Below, in pieces: positions 40,701-51,143 of a DNA stretch of 64,000 bases. Source of the stretch: an uncultured Pseudomonadota bacterium (GTDB lineage Bacteria > Oederibacteriota > Muellerivitia > Muellerivitales > Muellerivitaceae). Below the pieces are notes generated by a model. It did no database searches. It was not told where the DNA came from and saw nothing but the letters and a program-made list of their open reading frames with translations. Made by a program: the position numbers and the translations under genes. Position 1 is the first letter of the stretch. Each line of letters begins with the position of its first letter. Where the stretch lies: the NCBI GenBank assembly GCA_963843375.1, contig CAWJKT010000011.1:64001-128000 (forward strand), written 5' to 3'.

Positions 40701-40875
40701 GGGCGTGGCGGTCATCGGCGGTCTCGTCAGTTCGCTCTTTTTGACACTAATCGTGGTCCCTTCGGTCTATGGATATATGGACGATTTAAGATTTTGGTTC
40801 CGGAACCTTTTCGGTCTGGGAGCCGATAAGCCTGTATCGAAAGGAAAGAATCCAAAGGCCGCAAAGGCAAAGTAG
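37751..40875 (+). CDS. RND efflux transporter permease (AcrB/MdtB-like), interrupted by two +1 frameshifts (~39916, ~40038)
   Basis: IDLFPDVSFP, AVGLLIDDAIVVRENI, GLVTKNAILLVDY, RLRPILMTT. The bridging frame IQAGDELRTQIEGTVPAKFRENGLEYDIRVRM joins the two ORFs. Confidence 0.93.
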
Positions 40876-40995
40876 CGGAATTAAAACGGGACGAAATGAC
40901 GGCGGGAAGCCAAGCCAGCGGGGAAGAGACGTCTAAAGTTCAAATATCGAAATAAGCCTTCTGGCTTTGAAAACTACCGGATTAGGAGGAAGTTC

Positions 40996-41616
40996 ATGCT
41001 TCAAGCTATCAAGGCTTTCGCCCTCTTGGGGGGCGAATGGGTTCTTTACATTCTTTTGGGACTGTCCATCTGGAGCATTGCTGTCATTTGGGACCGGTTT
41101 TTCCTTTTCAAGAAGAAAGTCCAGGATACGGAACTGTTAGAGGAGAGGGTGCCGGACCTGCTTTCGAAAGGAAACATCAAGGAAGTCCAAAAACTCGTCG
41201 AGAATACGGCTTCACCCGCGGGCGCCATCCTGAAAGTGGGCTTGGCCAACCTTTCGGCGGGACCGGAAGCCCTGGGGCAAATCCTTGAAAGCCAAAGAAT
41301 CCACGAAAAAATGGTGATGGAGAAAAACCTGTTGGTACTGGGTACCCTGGGCAGCAACGCGCCTTTTATCGGCCTGTTCGGGACCGTCTTAGGAATCATC
41401 AAGGCCTTCAACGATCTGGCTTTGGCGGGCACTTCCGGACCCACAGTGGTCATGCGGGGGGTTTCCGAGGCCCTGGTGGCCACCGCCGTGGGCCTCCTCA
41501 TCGCCATTCCCTGTGTGGCCACTTATAACTATTTCCAAAATCTGGTTAAGCTTTCGCTGGCGAACTCCGACCGACTTTCGGGCCTATTGTTGGCCTATGT
41601 CCAAAGGAAAGACTAA
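40996..41616 (+). CDS. exbB: MotA/TolQ/ExbB proton channel
   Basis: [32 protein letters not shown]. Confidence 0.9.
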   Translation: MLQAIKAFALLGGEWVLYILLGLSIWSIAVIWDRFFLFKKKVQDTELLEERVPDLLSKGNIKEVQKLVENTASPAGAILKVGLANLSAGPEALGQILESQRIHEKMVMEKNLLVLGTLGSNAPFIGLFGTVLGIIKAFNDLALAGTSGPTVVMRGVSEALVATAVGLLIAIPCVATYNYFQNLVKLSLANSDRLSGLLLAYVQRKD

Positions 41617-41619
41617 GAC

Positions 41620-42024
41620 ATGGCTGCTTCCACCCATGATCCGGATGAGCCCATCACGCAAATCAACGTGGTCCCGCTGGTTGACATTATGCTGGTGCTT
41701 TTAATCATTTTCATGCTGACCGCCAGTTTCATCGCCACCCCTTCGGTTCCGGTGCATCTGCCAAAATCCTATAGCACCGATCCTTCCCTTCCCAGAAGCA
41801 TCTCCATCGTTTTGAACACGAAGGACGAACTCTTTTACCAGGGCAAGAAAACCGAAAAAACTGATTTGTCCACTCAACTGAAGGAATCTGCCATCACGAA
41901 CCCCGAATTGCGGGTGGTACTTTCCGCCGACGGTTCGGTGGACTACCAGAAGGTTATGGAGGTTTTGGATTTAGTTCGCCAAGCGGGGGTCAGCCAGGTC
42001 GCCCTGGGAGCGGAGAAACCGTGA
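41620..42024 (+). CDS. exbD: ExbD/TolR biopolymer transport protein
   Basis: INVVPLVDIMLVLLIIFM. Confidence 0.92.
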   Translation: MAASTHDPDEPITQINVVPLVDIMLVLLIIFMLTASFIATPSVPVHLPKSYSTDPSLPRSISIVLNTKDELFYQGKKTEKTDLSTQLKESAITNPELRVVLSADGSVDYQKVMEVLDLVRQAGVSQVALGAEKP

Positions 42025-42614
42025 AACACCGAGACTTCCTTTCCCTGCCTCCCTTACCCTGGGCCTTGTCCCTAGGAACCCACCTGGCCTTTATCCTGGC
42101 AGTGTTTTTGGTGGGGCACACGCACTTCCTTGACATGACTACGGTCACAATGGATTTCGCTCCCTCAAAGGTATCGTCCCTTTACCAACCGCCGAAGGAG
42201 GATATCTGGCAAAAGCCAATGCTCCGAAGGATGAGCCGCCTTCCCATTCCCAAGCCCAAAGTGGTGCCGACTCCCCCGCCCGCCGCTGCCCAAGTGTCCG
42301 AAGTGGGACAGGGAAGCGGTGCAATTCGGTCCGTTGCCCAAGTCAGTCAATTGCCCCGTTTCATCAACCAGGTCAAGCCCCTTTACCCGGATTCCGCCAA
42401 ACATGCGGGCATTGAGGGCGTTGTGATATTGCAAGTGGACATCGACGCCACGGGTGCGGTGATGGATGTGGAAGTACTCCAAGGTCTGGGATCGGGTTGC
42501 GACGAGGCGGCAGTGGCGGCCATGAAGCAATCGACCTTCACACCCGCCTATGCGGGCTCGGAGCCGGTGCCGGTGAGGATCAAGATACCTTACCGGTTTG
42601 AGATTAACGGATAA
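42021..42614 (+). CDS. tonB: energy transducer TonB
   Basis: TM with SxxxH motif, Pro-rich linker, YPDSAKHAGIEGVV C-terminal domain. Confidence 0.92.
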   Translation: MKHRDFLSLPPLPWALSLGTHLAFILAVFLVGHTHFLDMTTVTMDFAPSKVSSLYQPPKEDIWQKPMLRRMSRLPIPKPKVVPTPPPAAAQVSEVGQGSGAIRSVAQVSQLPRFINQVKPLYPDSAKHAGIEGVVILQVDIDATGAVMDVEVLQGLGSGCDEAAVAAMKQSTFTPAYAGSEPVPVRIKIPYRFEING

Positions 42615-42676
42615 AACCATAGTTAAATTGCTGTCATTGATGGGATGAAAGCTATTAACTCTAAAAAGGGATAGCG

Positions 42677-45037
42677 ATGAAAATTTCGGTAATTAAATCA
42701 TCCCTTTTGATCTTGTTCCTATTAGGTTCCTGGAATTTCGTTCAAGCCCAGACGCCCAGCCCCGAAACAACTCCTACCGGCGTCCTTTATCAACTCTCGG
42801 GACGAATTCTCGAAAAGGGAAACCGGGCTCCGGTTATCGGGGGCAGCCTTTACTTGGAGGCGTTGGGTAACACTCTTACGCCCGAATCCACTCCCGCGAC
42901 CGGGGAAACTTCAACGACCCTTGCCTCCTATTCCGCCGACGCGGATTTGAAAGGGAACTACAAGCTTTCGGTTCCGCTGGGCACTTACCGTCTGACGGTC
43001 GCAGGGGAGGGGTTCAAGAAAGTCACCTTGGCTTCTTTCGAACTCACCCGGGAAATGAGTAAAAATTTTTATCTTGAAAGGGACGGATTCACTTTGCCGG
43101 AAGTGATTGTCACCACCGATAAAATCCCCAAAACCCAGGTCAGCCAGGAATCCCTCTCGAAACAGGAACTGACGAACGTGCCCGGAACTCAAGAAGATGT
43201 CCTCAAGGCTCTCCAAGCCTTGCCGGGGGTCATCACCGCCGGTTCTCTCGACGGCCAGCTTTTGGTGCGGGGCAGCGGGCCCGACGACAACCAGTATTAC
43301 GTGGACAACGTACCCATCGCCTTTCCCTACCACTTCGGGATCGTCTCAACACTGGATTCAAACCTGATCAAGGACATCGATTTTTATTCCGGAGGCTTCG
43401 GACCCCAGTTTCCCAATTCCATGGGAGGCTTGGTGGATCTGACCCAGCGGGACCCCCGCTCCGACCGGTGGGGTTTCCGCGAGGACGTGAACCTTTTCCT
43501 TTCCGAGATGGAACTCGAAGGGCCCGTAACTTCCGATAGCTCCCTGGCCCTTGCTGGGCGCCGCAGTTACCTGGACCTTTTCCTAAAGGATTTTTCGGGC
43601 AGCCAGGGTGATATCGAAGTGCCCGTCTTCAGCGATTACCAGGTGAAGTACAGTATCAACCCCTCCCCCCAAGTACATTGGGATTTCGTCGCCTTCGGAA
43701 GCGCCGACACCGTCAGCGGATCCATCTCCGCCGCGGCCACCGAGGCCGTCAACGACCCCGATTTGGCGGGGGCCTTTGACTTCAGTGACGGCTACAACAG
43801 CCAGGGAGTGAATTACCGGGACACTTCCGACCCGCAAAACACCATCGCCAACACGGCCTACCACACCAACAGCTATTTCAACTTCAACCTGGGGCCCGGT
43901 CTTTATGAGGACAATAGCATCGAGGATTTCGGGGACAAGTTTTCCGTCAAGCACGAGTTTGATTCCGACACCAGCCTGGAAGGAGGCGTCCAATACGACC
44001 ATTTCATCGATTCCTTGAACGCCTTTTTCGTGATTGAACCCAGTGAAAGTGAATACCAGAATTTCAACCTGACCACCGCCAGCAAATTTATTTCCCAGGA
44101 CCAGACCAATTCCAATGACGCCTCCGCCTACCTGGACCAAAAATTCAAAGCGTTCAACAGGAAACTGGAATTTTCTCTGGGGGCCCGCTTGGATTACGTG
44201 GATTCGGACGCGATGGTTTACCTCACGCCGAAGCTTTCCACCGCCTACCATTTGACGGACGATGCCACTCTCAAGGCTTCTTTCGGCTATTACGACGAAG
44301 CGCCGGATAGGATCATCGGGGCACCCTACCTGGATCAAACCCTCGGAAACCCCCATTTGGCGCCGCAACAATCCATTGCCACCGTCCTAGGAGTGGAACA
44401 AAAACTGGATTCCTCGGGGCTGCTCTTCCGGGTGGAAGGATATAACAAGGAATTTTCCAGCCTGATCGTCTCCAACCCGGATAGCATTCCGGGGGAGGGC
44501 TACCTGAACAGCGGCACGGGCTACGCCCGGGGTGTTGAGTTTTTCCTGCGCCAGCCCCCGACATCGCGGTTTTTCGGTTGGATCGCCTATTCCCTCAGCA
44601 CCTCCCAACGGCAGGATGCTCCCGGAGGCTACATTTATCCCTACGAGTATGATGAGCCCAATGTCCTGACCGCCGTGGGAAATTACAAGTTGAACCCGGG
44701 CTGGGACATGGGATTCAAGGTGCTTTACTCCACCGGCCATCCCTGGACCCCGGTTATATCCGCCCCCTCAACAGTCATCGCCGGGCCCACGACCATATAC
44801 GACCCGCAATACGCCTCCACCGATTCCGCCCGGCTTCCGGATTACTTCCGGGTGGATTTTTCCACCTCTTTCAAGACCGTTTACGACACCTGGGAATGGA
44901 AGGTTTATCTGGATATCGTCAATCTTTTCCACGCCCAAAACGTCCTGGGATATCAATACAACAGCAATTACACCCAAACTACGGCGGTCCTGGACTTGCC
45001 CTTTTTGCCCTACCTAGGGGTGGAAGTGACCTATTAG
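42677..45037 (+). CDS. TonB-dependent receptor with N-terminal carboxypeptidase-regulatory-like extension
   Basis: Plug DVLKALQALPGV...LLVRGSG...YYVDNVP, FYSGGF, C-terminal RLPDYFRVD...NLF...GVEVTY. Confidence 0.93.
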   Translation: MKISVIKSSLLILFLLGSWNFVQAQTPSPETTPTGVLYQLSGRILEKGNRAPVIGGSLYLEALGNTLTPESTPATGETSTTLASYSADADLKGNYKLSVPLGTYRLTVAGEGFKKVTLASFELTREMSKNFYLERDGFTLPEVIVTTDKIPKTQVSQESLSKQELTNVPGTQEDVLKALQALPGVITAGSLDGQLLVRGSGPDDNQYYVDNVPIAFPYHFGIVSTLDSNLIKDIDFYSGGFGPQFPNSMGGLVDLTQRDPRSDRWGFREDVNLFLSEMELEGPVTSDSSLALAGRRSYLDLFLKDFSGSQGDIEVPVFSDYQVKYSINPSPQVHWDFVAFGSADTVSGSISAAATEAVNDPDLAGAFDFSDGYNSQGVNYRDTSDPQNTIANTAYHTNSYFNFNLGPGLYEDNSIEDFGDKFSVKHEFDSDTSLEGGVQYDHFIDSLNAFFVIEPSESEYQNFNLTTASKFISQDQTNSNDASAYLDQKFKAFNRKLEFSLGARLDYVDSDAMVYLTPKLSTAYHLTDDATLKASFGYYDEAPDRIIGAPYLDQTLGNPHLAPQQSIATVLGVEQKLDSSGLLFRVEGYNKEFSSLIVSNPDSIPGEGYLNSGTGYARGVEFFLRQPPTSRFFGWIAYSLSTSQRQDAPGGYIYPYEYDEPNVLTAVGNYKLNPGWDMGFKVLYSTGHPWTPVISAPSTVIAGPTTIYDPQYASTDSARLPDYFRVDFSTSFKTVYDTWEWKVYLDIVNLFHAQNVLGYQYNSNYTQTTAVLDLPFLPYLGVEVTY

Positions 45038-45224
45038 GGTAAGGGGATAGAACTTCAGTTTGACGTCCTTCCAAAGAGCAAGGCCAATAGGCCCGAATGG
45101 CGAGGTCGGAATATCAGGTTGTGCGGTTTTTGGAGAATCCCGCAAGGGGCTGCGGGAATTCTGGCAAGCAACAGGCAGGTTAGGAAGCGAATAATTTTTT
45201 TGTATTTCTCTTTGGGGACCGGTC

Positions 45225-46175
45225 TTACTTGGGAGCCGGCGAGTTAAGGGCCTCAAAATCGTATTTAAAGCCAATCTTTAAAATGTCGTAAACGATGTTC
45301 TCCGCGCCGGTAGATGTTCCCACGCCGTTGGATTCGATAAAGAGATAACTGCCCGATTGCATTTTGATGTCGATTCCCAAGGCCAAGCGGAAGGCAAAAT
45401 CGCTGCTCACCAAGCCCGTCGAACTCTCAACATTAAAGGGATAAGTCTCCTCCGTGACAGTAACGGGTTGGGCGTTATAAAAGGCTACTCCGAGTCCCAC
45501 CACCCCGTAGGGCACAACTGGGTTGTCCTCGGGGATAAAGCGGAATTTGCCGCTGACCATGACCAGGGCATCCGACAGCGCCCCCCCCGTGACGCCATAT
45601 CCCAACGGAACCGAAGTCTCATTCAGCGCGAAGGAATTGAAATCCGCGCTTACGATCAAGGAAAAAATCCTAGATATGCCGAAACCTATTCCCGCCCCCA
45701 CGGTGAAACTGGGGTTGTAACTGGTCTGGAAATCAGCCGGGCTATAGGGATTGGTACCGCCGAAATCAAAGTAAAGGCTTTTTGTTTTTTCCGGATATAA
45801 AGGAGTACCGGTTGAAGGAGCGGGTTTCGGCGGGACGTAATCCGGAACGGTAGTGGCCCCGATTTGACTGTCCAAGCGGTCCCGGAATTTTACGAGCGGG
45901 TCGTTTTTGGGATTAATTTTGAGGCTGGTATCACAGGCCGCCAAGGCCTCGGCCATTCGGCCCTGCTTGTAGTAGATATACCCTAGAACCTCGTAAGCCT
46001 TCCAGAGTTGTGAGTCCTTTTGGATCGCGATGTTCAGGTATTGAATTGCCGCATTCAAGTCATCGTTGTGGTAGGCAGCCAAGCCTTCGCTCAGTTCCCC
46101 GGGTTCGGTATCGGCGAATAATGACACGTTTACGCACAGCAAGAGGCCAATCAAAAGTAAAATCCTCTTTTTCAT
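45225..46175 (-). CDS. TPR plus small outer-membrane beta-barrel protein
   Basis: Signal peptide; TPR helices (AYEVLGYIYYKQG); Pro linker; VPYGVVGLG...FRLALGID...KIGFKYDF barrel strands. Confidence 0.8.
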   Translation of the reverse strand: MKKRILLLIGLLLCVNVSLFADTEPGELSEGLAAYHNDDLNAAIQYLNIAIQKDSQLWKAYEVLGYIYYKQGRMAEALAACDTSLKINPKNDPLVKFRDRLDSQIGATTVPDYVPPKPAPSTGTPLYPEKTKSLYFDFGGTNPYSPADFQTSYNPSFTVGAGIGFGISRIFSLIVSADFNSFALNETSVPLGYGVTGGALSDALVMVSGKFRFIPEDNPVVPYGVVGLGVAFYNAQPVTVTEETYPFNVESSTGLVSSDFAFRLALGIDIKMQSGSYLFIESNGVGTSTGAENIVYDILKIGFKYDFEALNSPAPK

Positions 46176-46411
46176 GTTTTTCACCACCGAAATAATTTAA
46201 TGACAATTTGGAAGCATTTTAACCTGGAAAAGGGGCTTGAAAAGTAAATTAGAAGGCAGGCCGGGAAAGGCCGACATTCGCTGTTATTTATTCATACAAT
46301 AATAATGGATCCCGCCCCTGTTTAAAGGGTTGAAAAAAAGCTGGTGGAAAAGCAGCTTTCAACCTGAAACGAAAGCGCGGTTCCTAAAAATGTGACGGCG
46401 GGGAGGATGGT

Positions 46412-48545
46412 TTGCCCGGGATTCAAAAAGAATTTTTCGCTGGACGAATAAATTTTTCCAATAATCTTTGGTTGTATTTCCCTGTTCTTTTAATCTTTAA
46501 TGCGGTTCTTTCCTATTGTCCCTTCGATCTTCCTGCGCAACTCGAGCTTTTTTTCTTCGGTATTGCCGTTCCGTTTTTTTTCGCCCTGCGTTCAAGACCG
46601 AACCAACCCCGGGATGAAAGTGAAATTTTCCATTCTGAAACTTTTTCAAAACCGAGCCGATGGATTTGGATGCTGTTTTTGGCCGGGGCTTTACTTTTCC
46701 GTTTTTACCGCCTTGGCGATTTGGCGGCTTGGCCGCTTTTGGACGAGGGCAAGAATGCCTTTTTCGGGATGGAATTAAGCCGACATTGGAGTGGGAGGTT
46801 GTTTTACGACATTTGCCAAATGCCGCCCTTTTCCTACTGGGTCTCGGGGCTGTTTTTCAAGGTTTTCACGCCTTCTCTTACTACCCTTTGGCTTTTACCC
46901 GCGTTCATTTCCCTGGCAGTTCTGCCCATAGGATATGGCGCCGCTCGGTTCTATTTTTCAAAAAGTTTTTCCCTGCTTTTTCTTGGTCTCCTAGGCCTGA
47001 GTCTCTATCCGGTATACGTGGGGCGGTTCAACCTCCAAGCCGTCGATCTTCTGTTTTGGGAAATGGCCGTCTTCCTGGCTTTGGGTCGGGTGATCCAATT
47101 AAAGACATCCGGAGCGGTTTTGCTTTTGGGTCTTTGCGTGGGCGCGGGATTTTACATTCACTTCGCCTGGGCCTTGGTGGCGCTAGGGATAGGGCTTTTA
47201 ACCCTGGGAATCTTTTCAAAAGAGAAAATTACTCGAAAATTAAAAGTTTTCGGCTTTCTGGGTTTTTCCATCTTTGTAGTCCTGGCGCCTCTTCTTTGGG
47301 CTGCTGAAAGGGAAGGATTCGGAAGTTATATTCGGAGTCTATTTCTGGATAATCCGGGTGAAAATTGGGGGGGGCGGCTTTACGATTCCCTTTCCTATGT
47401 GACGGTTCTTTTTTGGGGGAGCTCAAACTGATTCGCACGCTTATAAACCTTTCTGGGGGGGATACCTGAACCCCTTGTCGGCGACCTGCTTTCAAATCGG
47501 TTTGGTAGAAATATTTCGGCTGAGAGGAAGGGCTTACTCCAAATCGATTTTAACCTTGTTGGCCGTGTTTCTACTTCCGGCTTTTCTCAGCCAAGGAACG
47601 GAATATTTCCGTATAGTCCCCGTCCTACCGGTGATTTTAGTGGTGGTGGCCGTGGGACTAAATGTTTTGGGAACCGGACTGCCACCCGGGAAAAAAAACC
47701 TGTTTCTCTGCTCTTTTCTGGCGATTTCCCCAGCTCTGGATTTTTACCACTTGGCGGTTACCTATCCCCGGGCCTGCCTTTCAGGGTTCGGCCATTGGAA
47801 CGATTATACGAAATCGGTGGAACGCTGGAGAGCCTACCATATTTTGAAAACAGTCGCGGGTGAAAAGGGTCCCGGTGTTTATCTCTCAAATTTCGATCCC
47901 TATCCGTTCGATAGGTCCTTAGAGTTGGCCTCGGGAGACTTTAATTTGGAAGAAGGGTGGACTGCTTCCTTGAACCCGCCAAAATGGACCGCTTTCTTGG
48001 CTAACGTGAATGATAAGCCTTTCCTGTCCCAAAGGTTTCCCCTGGCAAAAATCATTTGGCTTGATCCCGACTTGGAAGAGGGGGACGAAGGTTTGATACT
48101 GGTGGTGATTCCCAGAGGGGGAATCGACCTGCGGACTTTTAACCAATGGGCATTGGCCGACAGGGCCTTAGTGTCCGTTTCGATGGAGATGTTGAACCGG
48201 CCTACTAATGGAAGGCGTGGAAAAATTCTCCAGGAATTTTCCAAAATTTATCACTTTTTCCAAGGCGATCCTTTTCTCGAATCCCTGTTTTGGAACCAAG
48301 TTTACTTAAACCACAGCGCGGATGGGGATTTGCCCTCGGCCCTTTTTGACCTTCGGCAGGCCATCCGGCTGGGCTATCCCTCTGCTTATTTTTATAACGA
48401 AGCGGGCGCCTTGCTCTTTTCGGAAAAAAATCAAGAGTGGGCTCGCGAGGCTTTCACCCGGGCCTGCAAATCGGAATTTAATAAGACCCCGGCTGTGGAT
48501 AATTTGAGAGAAATGGACAAGCAGGAAAAAAATAATCGGCCTTGA
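46412..48545 (+). CDS. ArnT/PMT-like (GT-C) membrane glycosyltransferase with C-terminal TPR-like region; +1 frameshift near 47426
   Basis: RFYRL...WPLLDEG acidic motif, many TMs. The +1 frame reads TDSHAYKPFWGGYLNP into the second ORF. Confidence 0.75.
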
Positions 48546-48561
48546 ATGACTGGATTATAAG

Positions 48562-48599
48562 GTTGAAGTAAAAAGAGTCAAACCCTCTTTTACTTCAAC
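48562..48599. terminator. hairpin between convergent genes
   Basis: GTTGAAGTAAAAAGAG-TCAAACC-CTCTTTTACTTCAAC. Confidence 0.5.
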
Positions 48600-49827
48600 T
48601 ATCGATTCCCTTAGGAGATTGGTCCGTGGGGGAGTATTCCAGGCGGCTAGGATTACCACTGGTGACGGGGGAACCGTCGGCACCAAAAACTTGAAAACCG
48701 CCGTCATCGGTGAGCACCAGGATCTGCAATTCGCCCCCCTTGAGGGAATACTTTACCCCCGCCACGTGGGAACTCAAGAAAACGGGTTTGGAGTCCTTCC
48801 CCCCCACCACGTTATAAAGAAAGGCGTCGCCGGTATCGCCCTGGATGCGAACCATGCGCAAGCCGTCGGGGCTTTTAAAGACGAGGGGATCCTGGCCTTG
48901 ATCGTCATCCTTTTGGGCTGATTGGTTGGAACCGGAAGATTCCGCGTTATTGTTAGCTCCCTGGCTTGCGTCAGGAACCTGGTTTCCAGAACGATCGGCG
49001 TAGTAGTTGTTATTGTCCTCACTGGTGTTGTTGGAAGATCCAGCGGAGGAATAATCACCGTTGTCATAAGCATAAATCGCATCCGAGTCGGGGTTCTGCC
49101 ACAGCCAGTTGCCGTTGTTCCAGTAGCACCAATTTGCGCCGGCCGGGTCATACCACCACCAGTTGCCCGCGTAAAATTGGGTCCAAAAAAAGCCGCTTCC
49201 CAGATTCCATCCGTACCAGTCGGAACCCCATCGGCCATGGTAATGACAAAAGCTCACGCCGTTCCACGAGTGCCAGGCGTACTGGCCCGGCCGATTTTCC
49301 ATGGCATCGTAGGTGTTGACACGCCCCAAGAAACGAGCGTCGTGGACGATACCGGACATTTGGTTACGAACCGAGGCCGAACCCATACCGCGGGAGGAAA
49401 CCATGGACGAAGAAAAGGGTTGGCCGTTGGGGCCGCGTGAAGGGAAGCCCGAGATGGGGTTCCGCAGGCTTCCGGGTAAATCGGGGCCGCGGGTTACGAA
49501 CCGGTGGAAGCCGGCAACACCATCACTTTGAAATCGCGAGGATAAAGACCGGCTGGCATAGGAATTGGAATAACTCGAACCGTTTTGGCCGTAAGCCCGG
49601 CCAAAGGAATGATTGAAACTCTGGCCGGCATAACCGCCGCCATTGGAATGGGAGGAAAAGGAATGGGAAACCCGCCCGGCGGAGCCGAAAGACCGGAAGG
49701 AACCACCCCTGGAAACACGGGCCGAGGATGAAGCCCCGCCACCTCTGCCGGATGAACTTTTCGCAGCAAGAGCCGGTATGGAGGAAAGTAGAAGGGTAAT
49801 CAGCGGAAAAACGAGGAATTTTTTCAT
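48595..49827 (-). CDS. secreted hypothetical protein with Gly/Ser/Arg-rich N-terminus and Trp-rich core
   Basis: GAGG RBS; signal peptide ending ALA; WYGW...FWTQFY...WWWYDP...WCYW...WLWQ. Confidence 0.8.
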   Translation of the reverse strand: MKKFLVFPLITLLLSSIPALAAKSSSGRGGGASSSARVSRGGSFRSFGSAGRVSHSFSSHSNGGGYAGQSFNHSFGRAYGQNGSSYSNSYASRSLSSRFQSDGVAGFHRFVTRGPDLPGSLRNPISGFPSRGPNGQPFSSSMVSSRGMGSASVRNQMSGIVHDARFLGRVNTYDAMENRPGQYAWHSWNGVSFCHYHGRWGSDWYGWNLGSGFFWTQFYAGNWWWYDPAGANWCYWNNGNWLWQNPDSDAIYAYDNGDYSSAGSSNNTSEDNNNYYADRSGNQVPDASQGANNNAESSGSNQSAQKDDDQGQDPLVFKSPDGLRMVRIQGDTGDAFLYNVVGGKDSKPVFLSSHVAGVKYSLKGGELQILVLTDDGGFQVFGADGSPVTSGNPSRLEYSPTDQSPKGIDS

Positions 49828-49898
49828 ATAGACCACCTCTTCGGAGGGGTTTAAGGCCATGTCGTCACAAGAATGATTTTTAATCCCTCGCCTATTAT

Positions 49899-49927
49899 TA
49901 TGACGCTTTTGGAGTTGAAATTGTTAC
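49899..49927 (-). promoter_or_regulatory. putative ECF-sigma promoter
   Basis: Minus strand GTAAC-N17-CGTCATA upstream of 49827. Confidence 0.4.
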
Positions 49928-50039
49928 TCCTGAAACAAAAGAGACAATTGGGGGTCGCCCTTTGGCCCCAAAAGGCTTAAAAACGCCAGGTTTGTTATGT
50001 TCTTGGAATCAGGAAATCCGAAGAGAATAAAGGTGCGGT

Positions 50040-51143
50040 TTATTGAATTTCCCGTATCAGGTCGTTGTTCGAGTCCCCGACGTAAACATTCCCGGAAGTA
50101 TCGACCGCGATTCCGGCTGGACCATTGAACGACGCGGCAGTCCCTGTTCCGTTGGCCGATCCGGAAGAACCGGACCCGGCAAGGGTTGTCACGACTCCTC
50201 CGGGGGTTATTTTTCGAATCAAGTTATTGCCCCAGTCCCCTACATAGACATTCCCGTTGGAATCCACGGAGATTCCAACGGGGGTTTTGAAGGAAGCAGC
50301 GGACCCCGTTCCGTTGGATGATCCGGAAGAGCCGGACCCAGCCAGTGTCGTCACCACACCACTCGAAGTGATTTTTCGGATCAAACTGTTCCAATTATCC
50401 GCGACATAAACATTTCCCGAAGAGTCCACGGCGACTCCAAAGGGATTATTGAAGGAGGCCGCGGTCCCAGTCCCATTGGAGGAGCCGAAAGACCCGGACC
50501 CCGCCAGAGTCGTCACCACGCCACCCGGGGTGATTTCTCGGATCAAGTTGCTGTGGGAATCCCCGACATATACATTTCCATTGGAATCGACCGCGATGCC
50601 AACCGGCTGATTGAACGATGCGGCGGTCCCCGTTCCGTTGCCGTTCCCGGGAGACCCGGATCCCGCCAGGGTCGTGACCACGCCACCTGAAGTGATTTTA
50701 CGAATCAAGTTGTTACCCGAATCCGCGACATAAACATTTCCAGAGGTATCTACCGCGACGCCTTGAGGCTTTCTAAAAGTTGCGCCGGTCCCCGTTCCGT
50801 TGGTTGAGCCCGAGTTTCCCGACGATCCCGCGAGGGTCATTACGGTTCCTCCCGAGGTGATTTCCCGAATCAGGTTGTTGTTGGTATCGGCGACGTAAAC
50901 GTTATCGGAGGAGTCCACCGCGACTCCAAAGGGATAGCTAAAGGAGGTGTTTGTTCCGGATCCGTTCGTTGAACCCGCTACTCCTGTTGTTCCCGCAAGG
51001 GTTGTAACGACCCCTGGACTGGAAGAAGCCAGGAGTTGGGCGGGTAAAATCGCGCCAAATGAAAGAAGCAGCAGGCTTGAACCAAGCCGAAAAAAGCTCC
51101 ACAGCAGGAGGGCCGCTTTAAAATTTAATCTACGCATAGTCAC
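50040..51143 (-). CDS. NHL-repeat six-bladed beta-propeller secreted protein
   Basis: Six ~54-aa repeats VVTTLAGSGxxGxxNGTGTAASFxxPxGxAVDxxGNVYVxDxxNxLIRKI. Confidence 0.93.
   Translation of the reverse strand: MTMRRLNFKAALLLWSFFRLGSSLLLLSFGAILPAQLLASSSPGVVTTLAGTTGVAGSTNGSGTNTSFSYPFGVAVDSSDNVYVADTNNNLIREITSGGTVMTLAGSSGNSGSTNGTGTGATFRKPQGVAVDTSGNVYVADSGNNLIRKITSGGVVTTLAGSGSPGNGNGTGTAASFNQPVGIAVDSNGNVYVGDSHSNLIREITPGGVVTTLAGSGSFGSSNGTGTAASFNNPFGVAVDSSGNVYVADNWNSLIRKITSSGVVTTLAGSGSSGSSNGTGSAASFKTPVGISVDSNGNVYVGDWGNNLIRKITPGGVVTTLAGSGSSGSANGTGTAASFNGPAGIAVDTSGNVYVGDSNNDLIREIQ

Noticed and set aside
40900..40936. Fifth ECF-like promoter before exbB (CGTCTAA)
   Set aside because: The -10-like box is present, but there is no AAC-type -35 at 16-17 bp spacing.
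50040..51010. ~162-bp tandem DNA repeats resembling an array
   Set aside because: They are degenerate in-frame NHL protein repeats, not CRISPR: there are no identical repeats with unique spacers and no cas genes.
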